Origin: an uncultured Candidatus Saccharibacteria bacterium
GTDB taxonomy: Bacteria > Patescibacteriota > Minisyncoccia > Phycocordibacterales > UBA1006
Assembly: GCA_964350165.1 (NCBI GenBank)
Contig: CAYGJA010000001.1
Location: 312,377 to 376,376 of the forward strand
Reading direction: 5' to 3'
DNA length: 64,000 nucleotides
Every line of letters begins with the position of its first letter. Within the stretch, counting starts at the first letter, position 1. Under the pieces are notes generated by a model, which was given only the letters and a program-made list of their open reading frames with translations, made no database searches and was not told where the DNA came from. Shown piece by piece: positions 1 through 9,588 of the stretch. Position numbers and translations under genes: made by a program.

Positions 1-915
1 CCGCGTATGCAATCCGTCGGCTTCCCCTTCATAAATTACCGCCCCGTCGCTCTTGGCAAAAATGGACCCAACATATTCCTCTACAATAGCTTTCCCAACC
101 CTGCCAGCTTCAGATTCGAACACAAAATCATCAAAATGCGATCCCAGGCGAGCGGTGATTTCTTTAAAATATTCCAAATTAAAATCTCGCCCCTGTTGAT
201 ACACTTCCCAGGCGCGGTTTTTCTCACCAGCATAAATCTCCCGGGTAATAGCTCGGATTTCTTCTTTGGCTGCTTCGTTTTCTTCGTACGCGTTGGTACC
301 GGCCACATAGGCATCACCCATCAATGCAAGCTTGTCTTTGGCGGGGACTGATTCATCAGTCAGGGCCTCGTGGCCATTCTGCAACAGTGCCCAGACAGCC
401 TTGCCAATCCCCAGAGATACATCAGATGGATATGACAAAGGCACCACGGTAGCACCAGCTGCGCGCATCAGGCGCACCAACGATTCGCCCACGGTGTTGT
501 TCATGACATGACCAATATGGAAAGGTTTGAACAAATTAGGGCTGGAGTGTTCTACGAGAATTTTTTTATCGGCAAAAATGTTGCTTTTCCCAAAAGAATC
601 TTTTGCATGTAAAGCCAATTGCACATTTTCTAAAGAAGATTGCGGAGAAAGAGTAATGTTGATAAATCCGGGACCCGCCGGAACAATGGCTGCCACCTTG
701 GTCGCAATCGCTTCTTCACCTAATTTTTCACAAAAATCAATCGCCAAATCACGAGGGTTTTTGCCAGCCTGACTAGCTAGCTGCATGGCAATATTACAAC
801 TGTAGTCACCAAATTTGGTCTCAGAAATAATCTCCAAATCAACCACGGCTCCAGAAAAACCTAGCTTGTCCGCAACGTTTTGGATTGCATGCTTTAATTC
901 GTTCTGAATACTCAT
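1..915 (-). CDS. argS: arginyl-tRNA synthetase, N-terminal ~305 aa (gene runs off the window start)
   Basis: Reverse strand reads from ATG at 913-915: MSIQNELKHAIQNVADKLGF...DYSCNIAMQLA (Arg-tRNA synthetase N-domain) and a class I HIGH motif (PFHIGH). Not in the ORF track because it runs off the edge. Confidence 0.8.
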   Translation of the reverse strand, partial: MSIQNELKHAIQNVADKLGFSGAVVDLEIISETKFGDYSCNIAMQLASQAGKNPRDLAIDFCEKLGEEAIATKVAAIVPAGPGFINITLSPQSSLENVQLALHAKDSFGKSNIFADKKILVEHSSPNLFKPFHIGHVMNNTVGESLVRLMRAAGATVVPLSYPSDVSLGIGKAVWALLQNGHEALTDESVPAKDKLALMGDAYVAGTNAYEENEAAKEEIRAITREIYAGEKNRAWEVYQQGRDFNLEYFKEITARLGSHFDDFVFESEAGRVGKAIVEEYVGSIFAKSDGAVIYEGEADGLHTR

Positions 916-1004
916 GCCTTGATTATACACAGCCGGTCTGGTTTGTCAGGGTCATGATATAGTTAGATTAATAATTAAACATTTTTAAAATAAAGCTTTC
1001 TATT

Positions 1005-1832
1005 ATGGAAAAGATTAATAACTTTGAAAAGCAAGACACACCCGATGGTGACCTTAAAAAAATTGATGATATAGAAAAATTAAATTTACCAGATTTTGAA
1101 AGTACAATAACAAGCGGACTTGCTGAGGTTCGTGCTATGCAAGAACAAGTAGAAATTCTGCTCACCGAAATTCAAACAATATTTGCAAAAAGAGATTATG
1201 CCCACGATGACTTAGCAGGACTTCTTAGTCGAGCACATATGCTAACCCAGTTTTCTTTACCAGACACAATTAAATCTTTCAAAGACAAGGAATTAGCTCT
1301 AGCTGGCCCTGGCTTTTCTAAGGGACAAAAAGCCCTTTTGTTTATTCTTGGCATCTTGCGTGGTGGAAGCGCTCTCGATCTTTTTACCAAAAGCATAAAA
1401 ACAGAGGCCACCCGAACAAATGTCCTCCGTGTCGTGGAAGAATTAGAACAATCAGCCCAAAAAACAGCCAACCACCTAAAGGTACTCATTCATCAATACA
1501 GAGAAGCTGACAAGCGAACTCCTGAACAAAAAGAAAAAGACAGAATTGTAGAAATTACCAAGCGCAAACAAGAACTTTATGGAATTGTTACTGCTATCGA
1601 GAAAGAGCTCGAAAGGGTAGAATCTCTAAGAGAGCAGAAAAATCTGTCCTCCATGGGAGATGGAAACACGCCTGACATAATCAGAAACGCTTTGAAGAAA
1701 CAATCAATCCCAACCCCTGGCAGAGGGGAATCTTATATTGTCGATATTGAAGGCCTTCTCTCACAATCAAAGAAAGAGATTGAGCATATCGAGAGAGAAT
1801 TGGCCAAACTTAACAAATCAAACAACGAGTAA
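1005..1832 (+). CDS. hypothetical coiled-coil protein (275 aa, K/E-rich)
   Basis: Long ORF with ATG start in the divergent intergenic region next to argS. No recognisable family. Confidence 0.5.
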   Translation: MEKINNFEKQDTPDGDLKKIDDIEKLNLPDFESTITSGLAEVRAMQEQVEILLTEIQTIFAKRDYAHDDLAGLLSRAHMLTQFSLPDTIKSFKDKELALAGPGFSKGQKALLFILGILRGGSALDLFTKSIKTEATRTNVLRVVEELEQSAQKTANHLKVLIHQYREADKRTPEQKEKDRIVEITKRKQELYGIVTAIEKELERVESLREQKNLSSMGDGNTPDIIRNALKKQSIPTPGRGESYIVDIEGLLSQSKKEIEHIERELAKLNKSNNE

Positions 1833-1863
1833 TATTAATATTTTCTATAACTAACCTTATTCC

Positions 1864-1986
1864 ATGATAGAACCATCACAACTAGAGCAACTCCTAGAAG
1901 AATTGAAAGATTTCAAGACCGCATTAGCCAATCTCGAACAATCACTCGAGCAGGCGAAAGCCGAAGCAAGCAACAGTGCTGACTAG
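1864..1986 (+). CDS. possible small coiled-coil protein (40 aa)
   Basis: ATG at 1864 and in-frame TAG at 1984-1986. Peptide MIEPSQLEQLLEELKDFKTALANLEQSLEQAKAEASNSAD with heptad-like pattern. Too short for the ORF track. Confidence 0.25.
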   Translation: MIEPSQLEQLLEELKDFKTALANLEQSLEQAKAEASNSAD

Positions 1987-2402
1987 TATCCCGTTGACCC
2001 AAAACCATCAGCACCGCGATTTGTATCCCCCAGCTCTGCTTCTTCTATTGTTACTGATTCGAATTTTTGGATAATCATCTGGGCGACCTTATCACCAGCT
2101 GCAAATTCATATGGCTCATCACTAACATTAATTAGCCCAATCTTGATTTCTCCACGATAGGTGGCGTCAATCACGCCGCCAAAAGTCTTGATTCCGTGCT
2201 TGAAAGCTAGGCCGGATTTTTCCCAAATCAATCCCACGCACCCATCAGGAATAGCAGCCGCAATACCCGTTGCCACGCTTTTCCGTTCTCCTGGTTGAAG
2301 TGCAAAAGCCTCTACGGTGCGAATATCCAGTCCTGCGTCCCCATCGTGTCCATAGGTTGGCAGTTGGGCTTTGGGATGTAGTTTTTGTATTTTTAGATTC
2401 AT
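1983..2402 (-). CDS. dut: dUTP diphosphatase
   Basis: 139 aa with dUTPase motifs (GDAGLDI...; GERKSV; C-terminal RGADGFGSTG). Confidence 0.9.
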   Translation of the reverse strand: MNLKIQKLHPKAQLPTYGHDGDAGLDIRTVEAFALQPGERKSVATGIAAAIPDGCVGLIWEKSGLAFKHGIKTFGGVIDATYRGEIKIGLINVSDEPYEFAAGDKVAQMIIQKFESVTIEEAELGDTNRGADGFGSTGY

Positions 2403-2405
2403 GAA

Positions 2406-3080
2406 TTAGCTAGTTATAATAGTAATGATTTTTTGATGAATTTGTTCTGGTGTTAACAGCTGACCTTCTTTGACACAGGTAATCGTATGCCAATAGGGAT
2501 AACGCTCCGCAGTGAATCGATAAGCAGATTGGGCTCTTTTTATATGATCATCACTGCCTTCGTGTTGATCGTATTCTCCGTCGATATATTCTTTGTCTGC
2601 TCTTCCCCTTGTTTGCAACATGTCCTGAACATGCTCAAAATCAACGTCCAGATAAAACACAAAATCAGGTTTTGGGATTCCAAAGACCTGATATTCCATC
2701 TCATCGAGCCAAGTTAACATGGCCGCTTTTTCTTCATCGTTGTCTAGCTTGCCCACTTGATGTCCTTTGTTCGAAGTCATATATCTATCAAGAATTACAA
2801 TGTCACCGTCCGACAACCACTGAAGCAACGTGTCTTTTGCTTCAAAGCGATCACAGGCATACAGGATGGAAGCCAAACGTGGATCGATTTTGGTGGCATC
2901 GCCAAACTTTCCGTTCAGATAATCGTCAACAACGACTCCAAAAAACTTTTCTTGATGTCTTGGAAAATGAATACTCCGGACAGTGTGTCCGGCTGATTCA
3001 AAATACTTTTTTAATAATGCAAATTGGGTGGTTTTTCCAGAACCGTCCACCCCCTCAATAGCAATCAGTCTCCCGCTCAC
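2406..3080 (-). CDS. tmk: thymidylate kinase
   Basis: P-loop IAIEGVDGSGKTT at the N-terminus, 224 aa, typical Tmk length. GTG start. Confidence 0.85.
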   Translation of the reverse strand: MSGRLIAIEGVDGSGKTTQFALLKKYFESAGHTVRSIHFPRHQEKFFGVVVDDYLNGKFGDATKIDPRLASILYACDRFEAKDTLLQWLSDGDIVILDRYMTSNKGHQVGKLDNDEEKAAMLTWLDEMEYQVFGIPKPDFVFYLDVDFEHVQDMLQTRGRADKEYIDGEYDQHEGSDDHIKRAQSAYRFTAERYPYWHTITCVKEGQLLTPEQIHQKIITIITS

Positions 3081-3119
3081 GAGGTGATTATATCATGACC
3101 ATTAGATTGCCCGAGCGAG

Positions 3120-4364
3120 CTAGTTATGGTGTGTTGGAATAGGATACGCAAGGGCTAGCTGTTTTATGCGCCCGGCTACTTTTTGCTTGGTTTCTGCATC
3201 CTCAGGATCACGAAGAACTTCTATTATCAAGCGCGCAACTTCGGCACAAGCTGACTCATCAAAGCCTCGCGTGGTCAAAGCAGGAGTACCTAAACGAATC
3301 CCAGAAGGATCCATGGCCGAGCGAGGGTCGTCAGGAATCATGTTCATATTCAAAGTAATACCAACCTCATCGAGGACCTCTTGGGCTCTTTTGCCCGAAA
3401 CACCAAGCCCCCCAAAAACATCGACCAATAGTAGATGATTATCGGTTCCCCCAGCAACCAGAGCAATTTCATTTTCCAAAAAAACCTCAGCCATGGCACG
3501 AGCGTTCTTCACAATCTGTTCGGCATATATTTTAAAACTAGGTTGCAGAGCTTCATGAAAACAAACCGCTTTGGCGGCTATCAAATGCATCAAGGGGCCA
3601 CCCTGGAGACCAGGAAAAACAGACTTGTCTATTTTTTGTGCCAGGTCTGCATCTTCTCGCACCAATACCATACCCCCACGTGGGCCACGCAGGCTCTTGT
3701 GAGTGGTGGTGGTCATAATATCAAAGCCAGCATCAAAAGGATTTTTGGCGGCACCGCCGGCAATAAGCCCTGCAATGTGTGCAACATCGGCCACGGCTAG
3801 GGCTCCCACTTCTCGGGCAATAGCAACAAAGCGATCATAATCAAGTTCTCTCGAGTAGGCAGAAAAACCAGCCAAGATTATCTTTGGTTTATGTTCAAGA
3901 GCGGTTTTGCGCAAATCTTCAAAATCTATCTCCCCTGTCGTCACGTCTTTCATTTTGTAGCGAACAAAGTTAAAAATTTTGGTGACATACGTAACCGGAT
4001 GACCATGGGTCAAATGCCCTCCGTGTGACAAGTCCATACCGAGCACGGTGTCACCCGGCTGAAGAAGCGCAAAATACATAGCCAAATTTGCATTAGAACC
4101 AGAATGGGGTTGCACATTTGCAAATTTGCATCGAAAAAGCTCTTTTGCCCGCTCGATAGCCAGAGTTTCAATCTGGTCAGTATGCGCCTGGCCTCCGTAA
4201 TATCTCCGACCTGGATACCCCTCAGAATATTTGTTTGTAAGCACCGAACCAGCCGCCGCCATAACATCTGCGGAAGCGTAATTTTCTGAAGGAATAAGCT
4301 CGAGCCCTTCTTTTTGGCGCTTCTCTTCTAACTGTATTGCATTCCAGAGATTTTGGTCTTTCAT
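3120..4364 (-). CDS. glyA: serine hydroxymethyltransferase
   Basis: LIPSENYASADVMAAAGSVLTNKYSEGYPGRRYYGG and PLP-lysine region TTTTHKSLRGPRGG. First track codon is TTG; the ATG one codon in is used. Confidence 0.9.
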   Translation of the reverse strand: MKDQNLWNAIQLEEKRQKEGLELIPSENYASADVMAAAGSVLTNKYSEGYPGRRYYGGQAHTDQIETLAIERAKELFRCKFANVQPHSGSNANLAMYFALLQPGDTVLGMDLSHGGHLTHGHPVTYVTKIFNFVRYKMKDVTTGEIDFEDLRKTALEHKPKIILAGFSAYSRELDYDRFVAIAREVGALAVADVAHIAGLIAGGAAKNPFDAGFDIMTTTTHKSLRGPRGGMVLVREDADLAQKIDKSVFPGLQGGPLMHLIAAKAVCFHEALQPSFKIYAEQIVKNARAMAEVFLENEIALVAGGTDNHLLLVDVFGGLGVSGKRAQEVLDEVGITLNMNMIPDDPRSAMDPSGIRLGTPALTTRGFDESACAEVARLIIEVLRDPEDAETKQKVAGRIKQLALAYPIPTHHN

Positions 4365-4390
4365 CAAAATGAGTTTAGCACAACAGGTCG

Positions 4391-4882
4391 CTAATCAGAT
4401 ACCAACGAACGACTCACTTTGCCTTCGTCAGTCTGGGTTACATTCATGACTCGAATCACACGTCGGGCACCAAAAGAATTACCACATCCCAAATTACTGC
4501 CCACGGAACGTATTGTGTAGTCATCAGTTTTGTTTTTTCTTACGTACACCGTGGCACAAGCAAGTCGATTACCGTCTATCTGAAACCTATAATCATAATC
4601 CTCGAAATCAGCATTCTCCAAAACAATCGCTTGGTCAAAGCAAGTATCAACTTTTCCTCCTGCAAAAGCCTGCTGGAAAATAGCTTGCGACAATCCACAC
4701 TCGAGACCATTAACAGCAATGTGCTCTGCTTCGTAAATGTCTTCTATTTGACCAGCGATACGAGACCGGCTGAGAGCTAAAAAAATCATAGACTGAATAA
4801 TGACAGCCAGCACGGCCACAACAAGCACCGTAATAGCCAGAGCGGCTCCTTTTTGATTAGTTTTTTTTGCTGAAAATTTCAT
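4391..4882 (-). CDS. pilin-like/pseudopilin protein (N-terminal KKTNQKG leader plus hydrophobic helix, lacks Phe1/Glu5)
   Basis: N-terminus MKFSAKKTNQKGAALAITVLVV is paralogous to the leader of the adjacent pilin at 6510-7055. First gene of the pilin operon. Confidence 0.5.
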   Translation of the reverse strand: MKFSAKKTNQKGAALAITVLVVAVLAVIIQSMIFLALSRSRIAGQIEDIYEAEHIAVNGLECGLSQAIFQQAFAGGKVDTCFDQAIVLENADFEDYDYRFQIDGNRLACATVYVRKNKTDDYTIRSVGSNLGCGNSFGARRVIRVMNVTQTDEGKVSRSLVSD

Positions 4883-4886
4883 AAGA

Positions 4887-6503
4887 CTAATACTGGTGCA
4901 AATGCATACAAACCGTAAACATGCTGTTGTTCTCTGCTAATGCTGGATGGGAATGCTTGACCTGAATACTGGCAACCCCAGAAGGCACGCTCAGTGGGTC
5001 GTTCACCACTCCAGCCCAGCCAGCATCGGCCACGCCATCTGGTATGTCTTGAGTGTCTCCAGTGCGAGCGATTTCGGTACCCGAAGAATCAAGAAAACTC
5101 ACATAGTATTGTTCATATGGCTGATCTCCGTGCTCTATTCGATATTCTCCATAGTCGTGAGCCTGTAAAGTAACTCGGTAGTCACCCGCAGGAACAGAAG
5201 CCGCCACAATCGGACCAGTGGTCGCCCAGCCTGGATTTAGGAACTGATCCCCCAGAGCCACCAGCGTTTCTGAGCCATCTTCGGCAAAATAAAGACATTC
5301 TCCATAGTCAATTGGTTCTACTGGGGCTACAAAAGCAGTACAGTAATACACATTTCCGCCCGGTTGAATCTGAATGCGCTCATAATTATCAAAGTTAATA
5401 ATGTCATCATCGCAGTACATTTCGGCCGAATAATCGCTTTGTGGATCATCCCAAGTGTCAGGATTATCATCATCAAAATAATGAGAAAACGGAACATATC
5501 CCTCTTTCATAACGAATCGTAAAGCAAAGTTAACCGCAGAATCCGCGGGGTTCGGTACAAAAATCGCTGTGCGTCCCTCGATGTCTGTGTCTCCAAAAGT
5601 ACGCCACTCATTTGTGGCTGGTTCACGACCAGCGTCAAGCACGGGATCCCAGGTGTCAGTTCCGGGTCCACCACTGCCATCAGCCTCTCCAACGAGGTCA
5701 GGGGCAGTGTTTTCTACCCACCTGGTTTCATCAATACTGGACATCGCTCCGCCTTCTTCGTGACCCCAAGTAAGGAAGCCCCACTGGAATTTCCAATCTG
5801 GCGAAAGAAAACAACCAGGATGAGTGTCGACATAATTAACGGCAGTGTCTTTTACAATACCTTCGGCAGGACTTTGCCCTTCTATAGCCCAATTAGGCAA
5901 ATCTGCTTCGGTAGGACACTCGACGACGCTAAGGATTACTCGACCATAATTAGAATAGGCGCCCATGTCATACCAATTAACAAAGGTACGTTCGTATGTT
6001 TTTTCAAATGTGCGTGCCCTATCTTGCCAGCGAACAGTCACCGATACTTTCATTTCGGCATCAGTAAGCATGGTCATCCGGATCTCTCTTTCATAACCAG
6101 TGTCTACTCCAGTGTCTGTTTCGTCTACGTCCTGAACAAAAAAATTAGTACCTTCGGCCCTCACTACGGGCTGACATTCACTGCCACACGTAGGAAAAGT
6201 AGCTGCATTAAAAGCATTGATTTTCATTTGGCAGGTTTTGCCGTCCTTGCAACCATTAAAAGGAGCCTCAAACAAAGCTTTCTCGTCTAAAACATTGTCA
6301 TACAAAGCCCGTTGCACCCCAGCAAAAACATCCTCGGCGAGAAGAATGGCGCCATGGGTTTTGGTCGCCTGACTATTCAAGACCAAAGAACGAGCAGAAA
6401 CAAGAAACAAAGAAGCAACCGCAACCGACAAAACAAAAGCAGCTGCAATTACTTCTATAAGAGTAAAACCTTGTTGTTTGTTTTGCTTCATGGGTATGTT
6501 CAT
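4887..6503 (-). CDS. large type IV pilin-like protein (538 aa) with prepilin N-terminal methylation motif
   Basis: MKQNKQQGFTLIEVIAAAFVLSVAVA, a class III signal peptide (G|FTLIE), followed by a large Cys-containing globular domain. Confidence 0.75.
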   Translation of the reverse strand: MNIPMKQNKQQGFTLIEVIAAAFVLSVAVASLFLVSARSLVLNSQATKTHGAILLAEDVFAGVQRALYDNVLDEKALFEAPFNGCKDGKTCQMKINAFNAATFPTCGSECQPVVRAEGTNFFVQDVDETDTGVDTGYEREIRMTMLTDAEMKVSVTVRWQDRARTFEKTYERTFVNWYDMGAYSNYGRVILSVVECPTEADLPNWAIEGQSPAEGIVKDTAVNYVDTHPGCFLSPDWKFQWGFLTWGHEEGGAMSSIDETRWVENTAPDLVGEADGSGGPGTDTWDPVLDAGREPATNEWRTFGDTDIEGRTAIFVPNPADSAVNFALRFVMKEGYVPFSHYFDDDNPDTWDDPQSDYSAEMYCDDDIINFDNYERIQIQPGGNVYYCTAFVAPVEPIDYGECLYFAEDGSETLVALGDQFLNPGWATTGPIVAASVPAGDYRVTLQAHDYGEYRIEHGDQPYEQYYVSFLDSSGTEIARTGDTQDIPDGVADAGWAGVVNDPLSVPSGVASIQVKHSHPALAENNSMFTVCMHLHQY

Positions 6504-6509
6504 TATAGG

Positions 6510-7055
6510 CTATTGATTAACATCAAGTGAGTACAATGTGATGTAACGGAAAGCATAGACTTCCCCGCCAGAACTCAAAGCTGAATTCATGGTCACTAGC
6601 ACAAGGTGTTGATTTGTGGCTGGTTCACTCAAGCCAAGTATTGCTCCTCGCACAAAAAAAGTCAGTTCTTGGATCGAGCCACCAAAACCAGAGGCTGCGA
6701 CGACTGGCGTGCCGTCGTTTACACTTCGCAGAACCTCCCCATCAACTAATTCATAGCTAATGATGTCACCGTTTACGTCCTCAAGCACAAAAACAGGACC
6801 ACCATCGGTGCAGTTTTTTTCCAAACTACCGCAACCGATTCTTTGGGCCAAATGAACCTCTCGCTCGAGTCTATCCAAGAAGGTATACATTTCGCTTTGT
6901 AGTAAAGTCTTGAAGCGGGACTCTCGTTCTCTGGCAACACCAGATACTAACCCTCCAAGCACCACCGTGATAATCAGCAAAAACAAACTAATAGCAACCA
7001 GTACTTCCACCAACGTAAAACCTTTTTGGTTTGTTTTTTTTATTTGCCTACTCAT
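6510..7055 (-). CDS. type IV pilin / pseudopilin (prepilin-type N-terminal cleavage/methylation domain)
   Basis: MSRQIKKTNQKGFTLVEVLVAISLFLLI. Confidence 0.8.
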   Translation of the reverse strand: MSRQIKKTNQKGFTLVEVLVAISLFLLIITVVLGGLVSGVARERESRFKTLLQSEMYTFLDRLEREVHLAQRIGCGSLEKNCTDGGPVFVLEDVNGDIISYELVDGEVLRSVNDGTPVVAASGFGGSIQELTFFVRGAILGLSEPATNQHLVLVTMNSALSSGGEVYAFRYITLYSLDVNQ

Positions 7056-7606
7056 GATGCTATTTCAATTACTCCCAAAGTATTTACGCTAAAATCAATA
7101 GTCTGATCTCTTAATTTTAGCTGATAAAAACCAGATGCTCCGGTAATCTCACTGCCGTCCTGAACTATTTTAAAATAAGGCGAAGAACTCGCCCAAGTAA
7201 AGACAACATCCGATTCGACGGCAACACAACCAATATCCAAAGCCGAGCAATACAAAAATTCAACTTCTTTGCCCATAACATATTGCTCTTCCAGCAAATC
7301 ATTAACATCAAAATCCCCGGGGTTACCTACCCCAGAATCAAAATAAATCTCAACCAGATGAGGATTGCCGGCCAAAATTACAACATGAACGTTCTGCTGG
7401 GCACGATCATCGTCCTGCTTGGATCGACTCAACACTGACGCCTGAGAAAACGCAACATCAAAAACCCCATAAGCCGCCTGCAATGTGTGACGAGTACGTC
7501 CACCGTCCCCATTAAAAACAATCAAAGTCGACATAATAGCAATTAGTGCTATCACCACCAACAGTTCGACTAACGTAAATCCTCGATTGTTGTTACTTGT
7601 GTTCAT
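7052..7606 (-). CDS. type IV pilin / pseudopilin
   Basis: MNTSNNNRGFTLVELLVVIALIAI. Confidence 0.8.
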   Translation of the reverse strand: MNTSNNNRGFTLVELLVVIALIAIMSTLIVFNGDGGRTRHTLQAAYGVFDVAFSQASVLSRSKQDDDRAQQNVHVVILAGNPHLVEIYFDSGVGNPGDFDVNDLLEEQYVMGKEVEFLYCSALDIGCVAVESDVVFTWASSSPYFKIVQDGSEITGASGFYQLKLRDQTIDFSVNTLGVIEIAS

Positions 7607-7609
7607 ATA

Positions 7610-8152
7610 CTAGAAAAGTCTTCGCAATGCAGCAGGTTTCATAATGTCGTAAACAGGGTCAGCCCCATTGATACCATCCAAGACAGACGCATCAGTAACA
7701 CAATGCGTAACGCCTTCTGGTTGTACGGCAGAATCAACATCATGGTCTTCTTCTAAGAGTGAGTTATCGGCATCCAACACGGTAGCCAAATGATAACCAA
7801 CACAATTTGTAGGAGATAATGACGCATACGGAACATACAGAAGCGACGACATGTCTTCGGCTTCACCCACACTAATCAAATCAGCTAAAGTGGTTCCGGA
7901 CGGGCACCCTTCATTCGCCTCGAGAGGAAATGTATCGCTTCCGCCCATCTGAGGTGGATATTGGCCACATAGATTTGCGTATTGCTCTAACGCAAGTTCT
8001 GCTAATTGAAAAACAGACTGATCTTTGACTTCATTTGCGCGTTTTCGAAAAGAAAAAATATCGCCAAAAAATATACCTGTTGCCAAGAAGCCAACAAATC
8101 CTACTACGACCAAAAGCTCAACCAAACTAAATCCTTTTTTGTTGCGCGACAT
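7610..8152 (-). CDS. type IV pilin (start re-set to the internal ATG that gives leader MSRNKKG|FSLVELLVV)
   Basis: The longest ORF (to 8230) adds 26 non-pilin residues and leaves only 5 bp to the divergent gene. The ATG at 8150-8152 gives a canonical short prepilin leader like its neighbours. Confidence 0.75.
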   Translation of the reverse strand: MSRNKKGFSLVELLVVVGFVGFLATGIFFGDIFSFRKRANEVKDQSVFQLAELALEQYANLCGQYPPQMGGSDTFPLEANEGCPSGTTLADLISVGEAEDMSSLLYVPYASLSPTNCVGYHLATVLDADNSLLEEDHDVDSAVQPEGVTHCVTDASVLDGINGADPVYDIMKPAALRRLF

Positions 8153-8235
8153 TACTTGTATGGTATCACGTACCAGAAATGGCCGATAAACCATAGTGGT
8201 ATACTGACCGCTGACAGCAGATAACAACACCAGTC

Positions 8236-9588
8236 ATGAGCATCAAAAAACTATCTCACACCTTTCTTTCAATACCAACCGGAGGTGAAGTAATCATCCT
8301 AAATACCGGCAGTGTTATCGACAGTGAGGCCGAAGCCATGCTTCAGGCCCTCCACTCTCGCTCTATTGGAGGCCTGCGCAATCATCTAGAAGTTCTTTCC
8401 GAAAAAGGTGCGGATAATTTTATGGCTAATTTTTATGTTGGCTATGGCCACAAATCAATTGGAGACTGTGGCACTACCACTATTTTTGTAGAAGGCGTTT
8501 CTATGCTGGCAGCCAAAGCAATCCAAGATTGGCCACTCTACAGCGGACAAGAGGCTTCCACGCGTTATATAGATTTTCAAACACAACCCTTTTTTGATCC
8601 CACCGACAGCCCAACAGGTAAAGAAATACTAGAAACATGGAGAGATTTTTATACAAAATCACTTCCAGCCGTGCAGGCTCATGTTTCAAAGCAATATCCG
8701 AAAAAAGAATCAGAAAAAGAAAGTATTTACATCAAGGCCGTAGCAGCTCGAGCTTTTGATATCTTGCGCGGTTTTTTACCTGCCGGCGCTACCACTAACC
8801 TGGCCTGGCACACCAATCTTCGTCAGGCTGCGGACAAGCTGGCGACCCTTCGCCATCATCCACTAAACGAGGTTCGCTCTATCGCATTAACAATAGAACA
8901 AGCGCTCCAAAAAGCTCATCCCAACTCTTTCCATCACAAACAATACCCAGAAACCGAAGAATACCTGGCCAAAACCATGACCGAGTATTATTTCTCTCCT
9001 GATTACCAAATCACAGAACTGTCCTTAACAAATAATTCGATTCAAAAAAAACTACTCTCCCAAAGTCTTCTAGCAACTCGGCCTCAAAAAACAGAGCTTC
9101 CCAAGCATTTGGCAGAAGCGGGTACTCTCCAATTTGAATTTCCTCTTGATTTTGGCTCTTACCGAGACCTTCAGAGACACCGAGCCGTTACCCAACGCAT
9201 GCCACTACTCACAGAAGATATCGGATTTCACTCCTGGTACTTTGATCAACTGCCGGCACCCATAAAAAAAGAAGCAGAGGAACTTCTTGAAAAACAAAGC
9301 CTTTCTCTTCTCAAGCTACACTTGTCACCAGAAGAAAAACAATATTTTCTTCCTATGGGATACCAAGTTGCCAACCGTGTCACCGGACCACTTCCTGCCT
9401 GGGTTTATTTGGTGGAACTGCGTGCCACCCGCTTTGTTCACCCCACCCTATCAAATCTGGCTCAACAAATTGCAAAAATACTTGAACAAGAATTCAGTGA
9501 TTGTGGCCTAGTGCTTCATCTAGACAATGAACCAAATCGTTTTGACACCAAGCGTGGCAACCATGATATTCAAATCAAATCCGAGTAA
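8236..9588 (+). CDS. thyX: flavin-dependent thymidylate synthase-like protein (ThyX/Thy1 family), tandem two-domain form
   Basis: Domain 1 aligns to ThyX cores (YGHKSIGDCG...; ...SGQEASTRY keeps the ThyX Ser; TNLRQAADKLATLRHHP matches the N-x-R...LR motif) but lacks RHR. Domain 2 has F..YRDLQRHR (the RHR motif) and ELRATRFVHP. Lies beside dut, tmk and glyA. Confidence 0.5.
   Translation: MSIKKLSHTFLSIPTGGEVIILNTGSVIDSEAEAMLQALHSRSIGGLRNHLEVLSEKGADNFMANFYVGYGHKSIGDCGTTTIFVEGVSMLAAKAIQDWPLYSGQEASTRYIDFQTQPFFDPTDSPTGKEILETWRDFYTKSLPAVQAHVSKQYPKKESEKESIYIKAVAARAFDILRGFLPAGATTNLAWHTNLRQAADKLATLRHHPLNEVRSIALTIEQALQKAHPNSFHHKQYPETEEYLAKTMTEYYFSPDYQITELSLTNNSIQKKLLSQSLLATRPQKTELPKHLAEAGTLQFEFPLDFGSYRDLQRHRAVTQRMPLLTEDIGFHSWYFDQLPAPIKKEAEELLEKQSLSLLKLHLSPEEKQYFLPMGYQVANRVTGPLPAWVYLVELRATRFVHPTLSNLAQQIAKILEQEFSDCGLVLHLDNEPNRFDTKRGNHDIQIKSE

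Noticed and set aside
2487-3061. Plus-strand ORFs (76, 150 and 79 aa) inside the tmk region
   Set aside because: They lie antisense to a gene with strong thymidylate-kinase motifs, have no family resemblance, and have odd composition. They are shadow ORFs.
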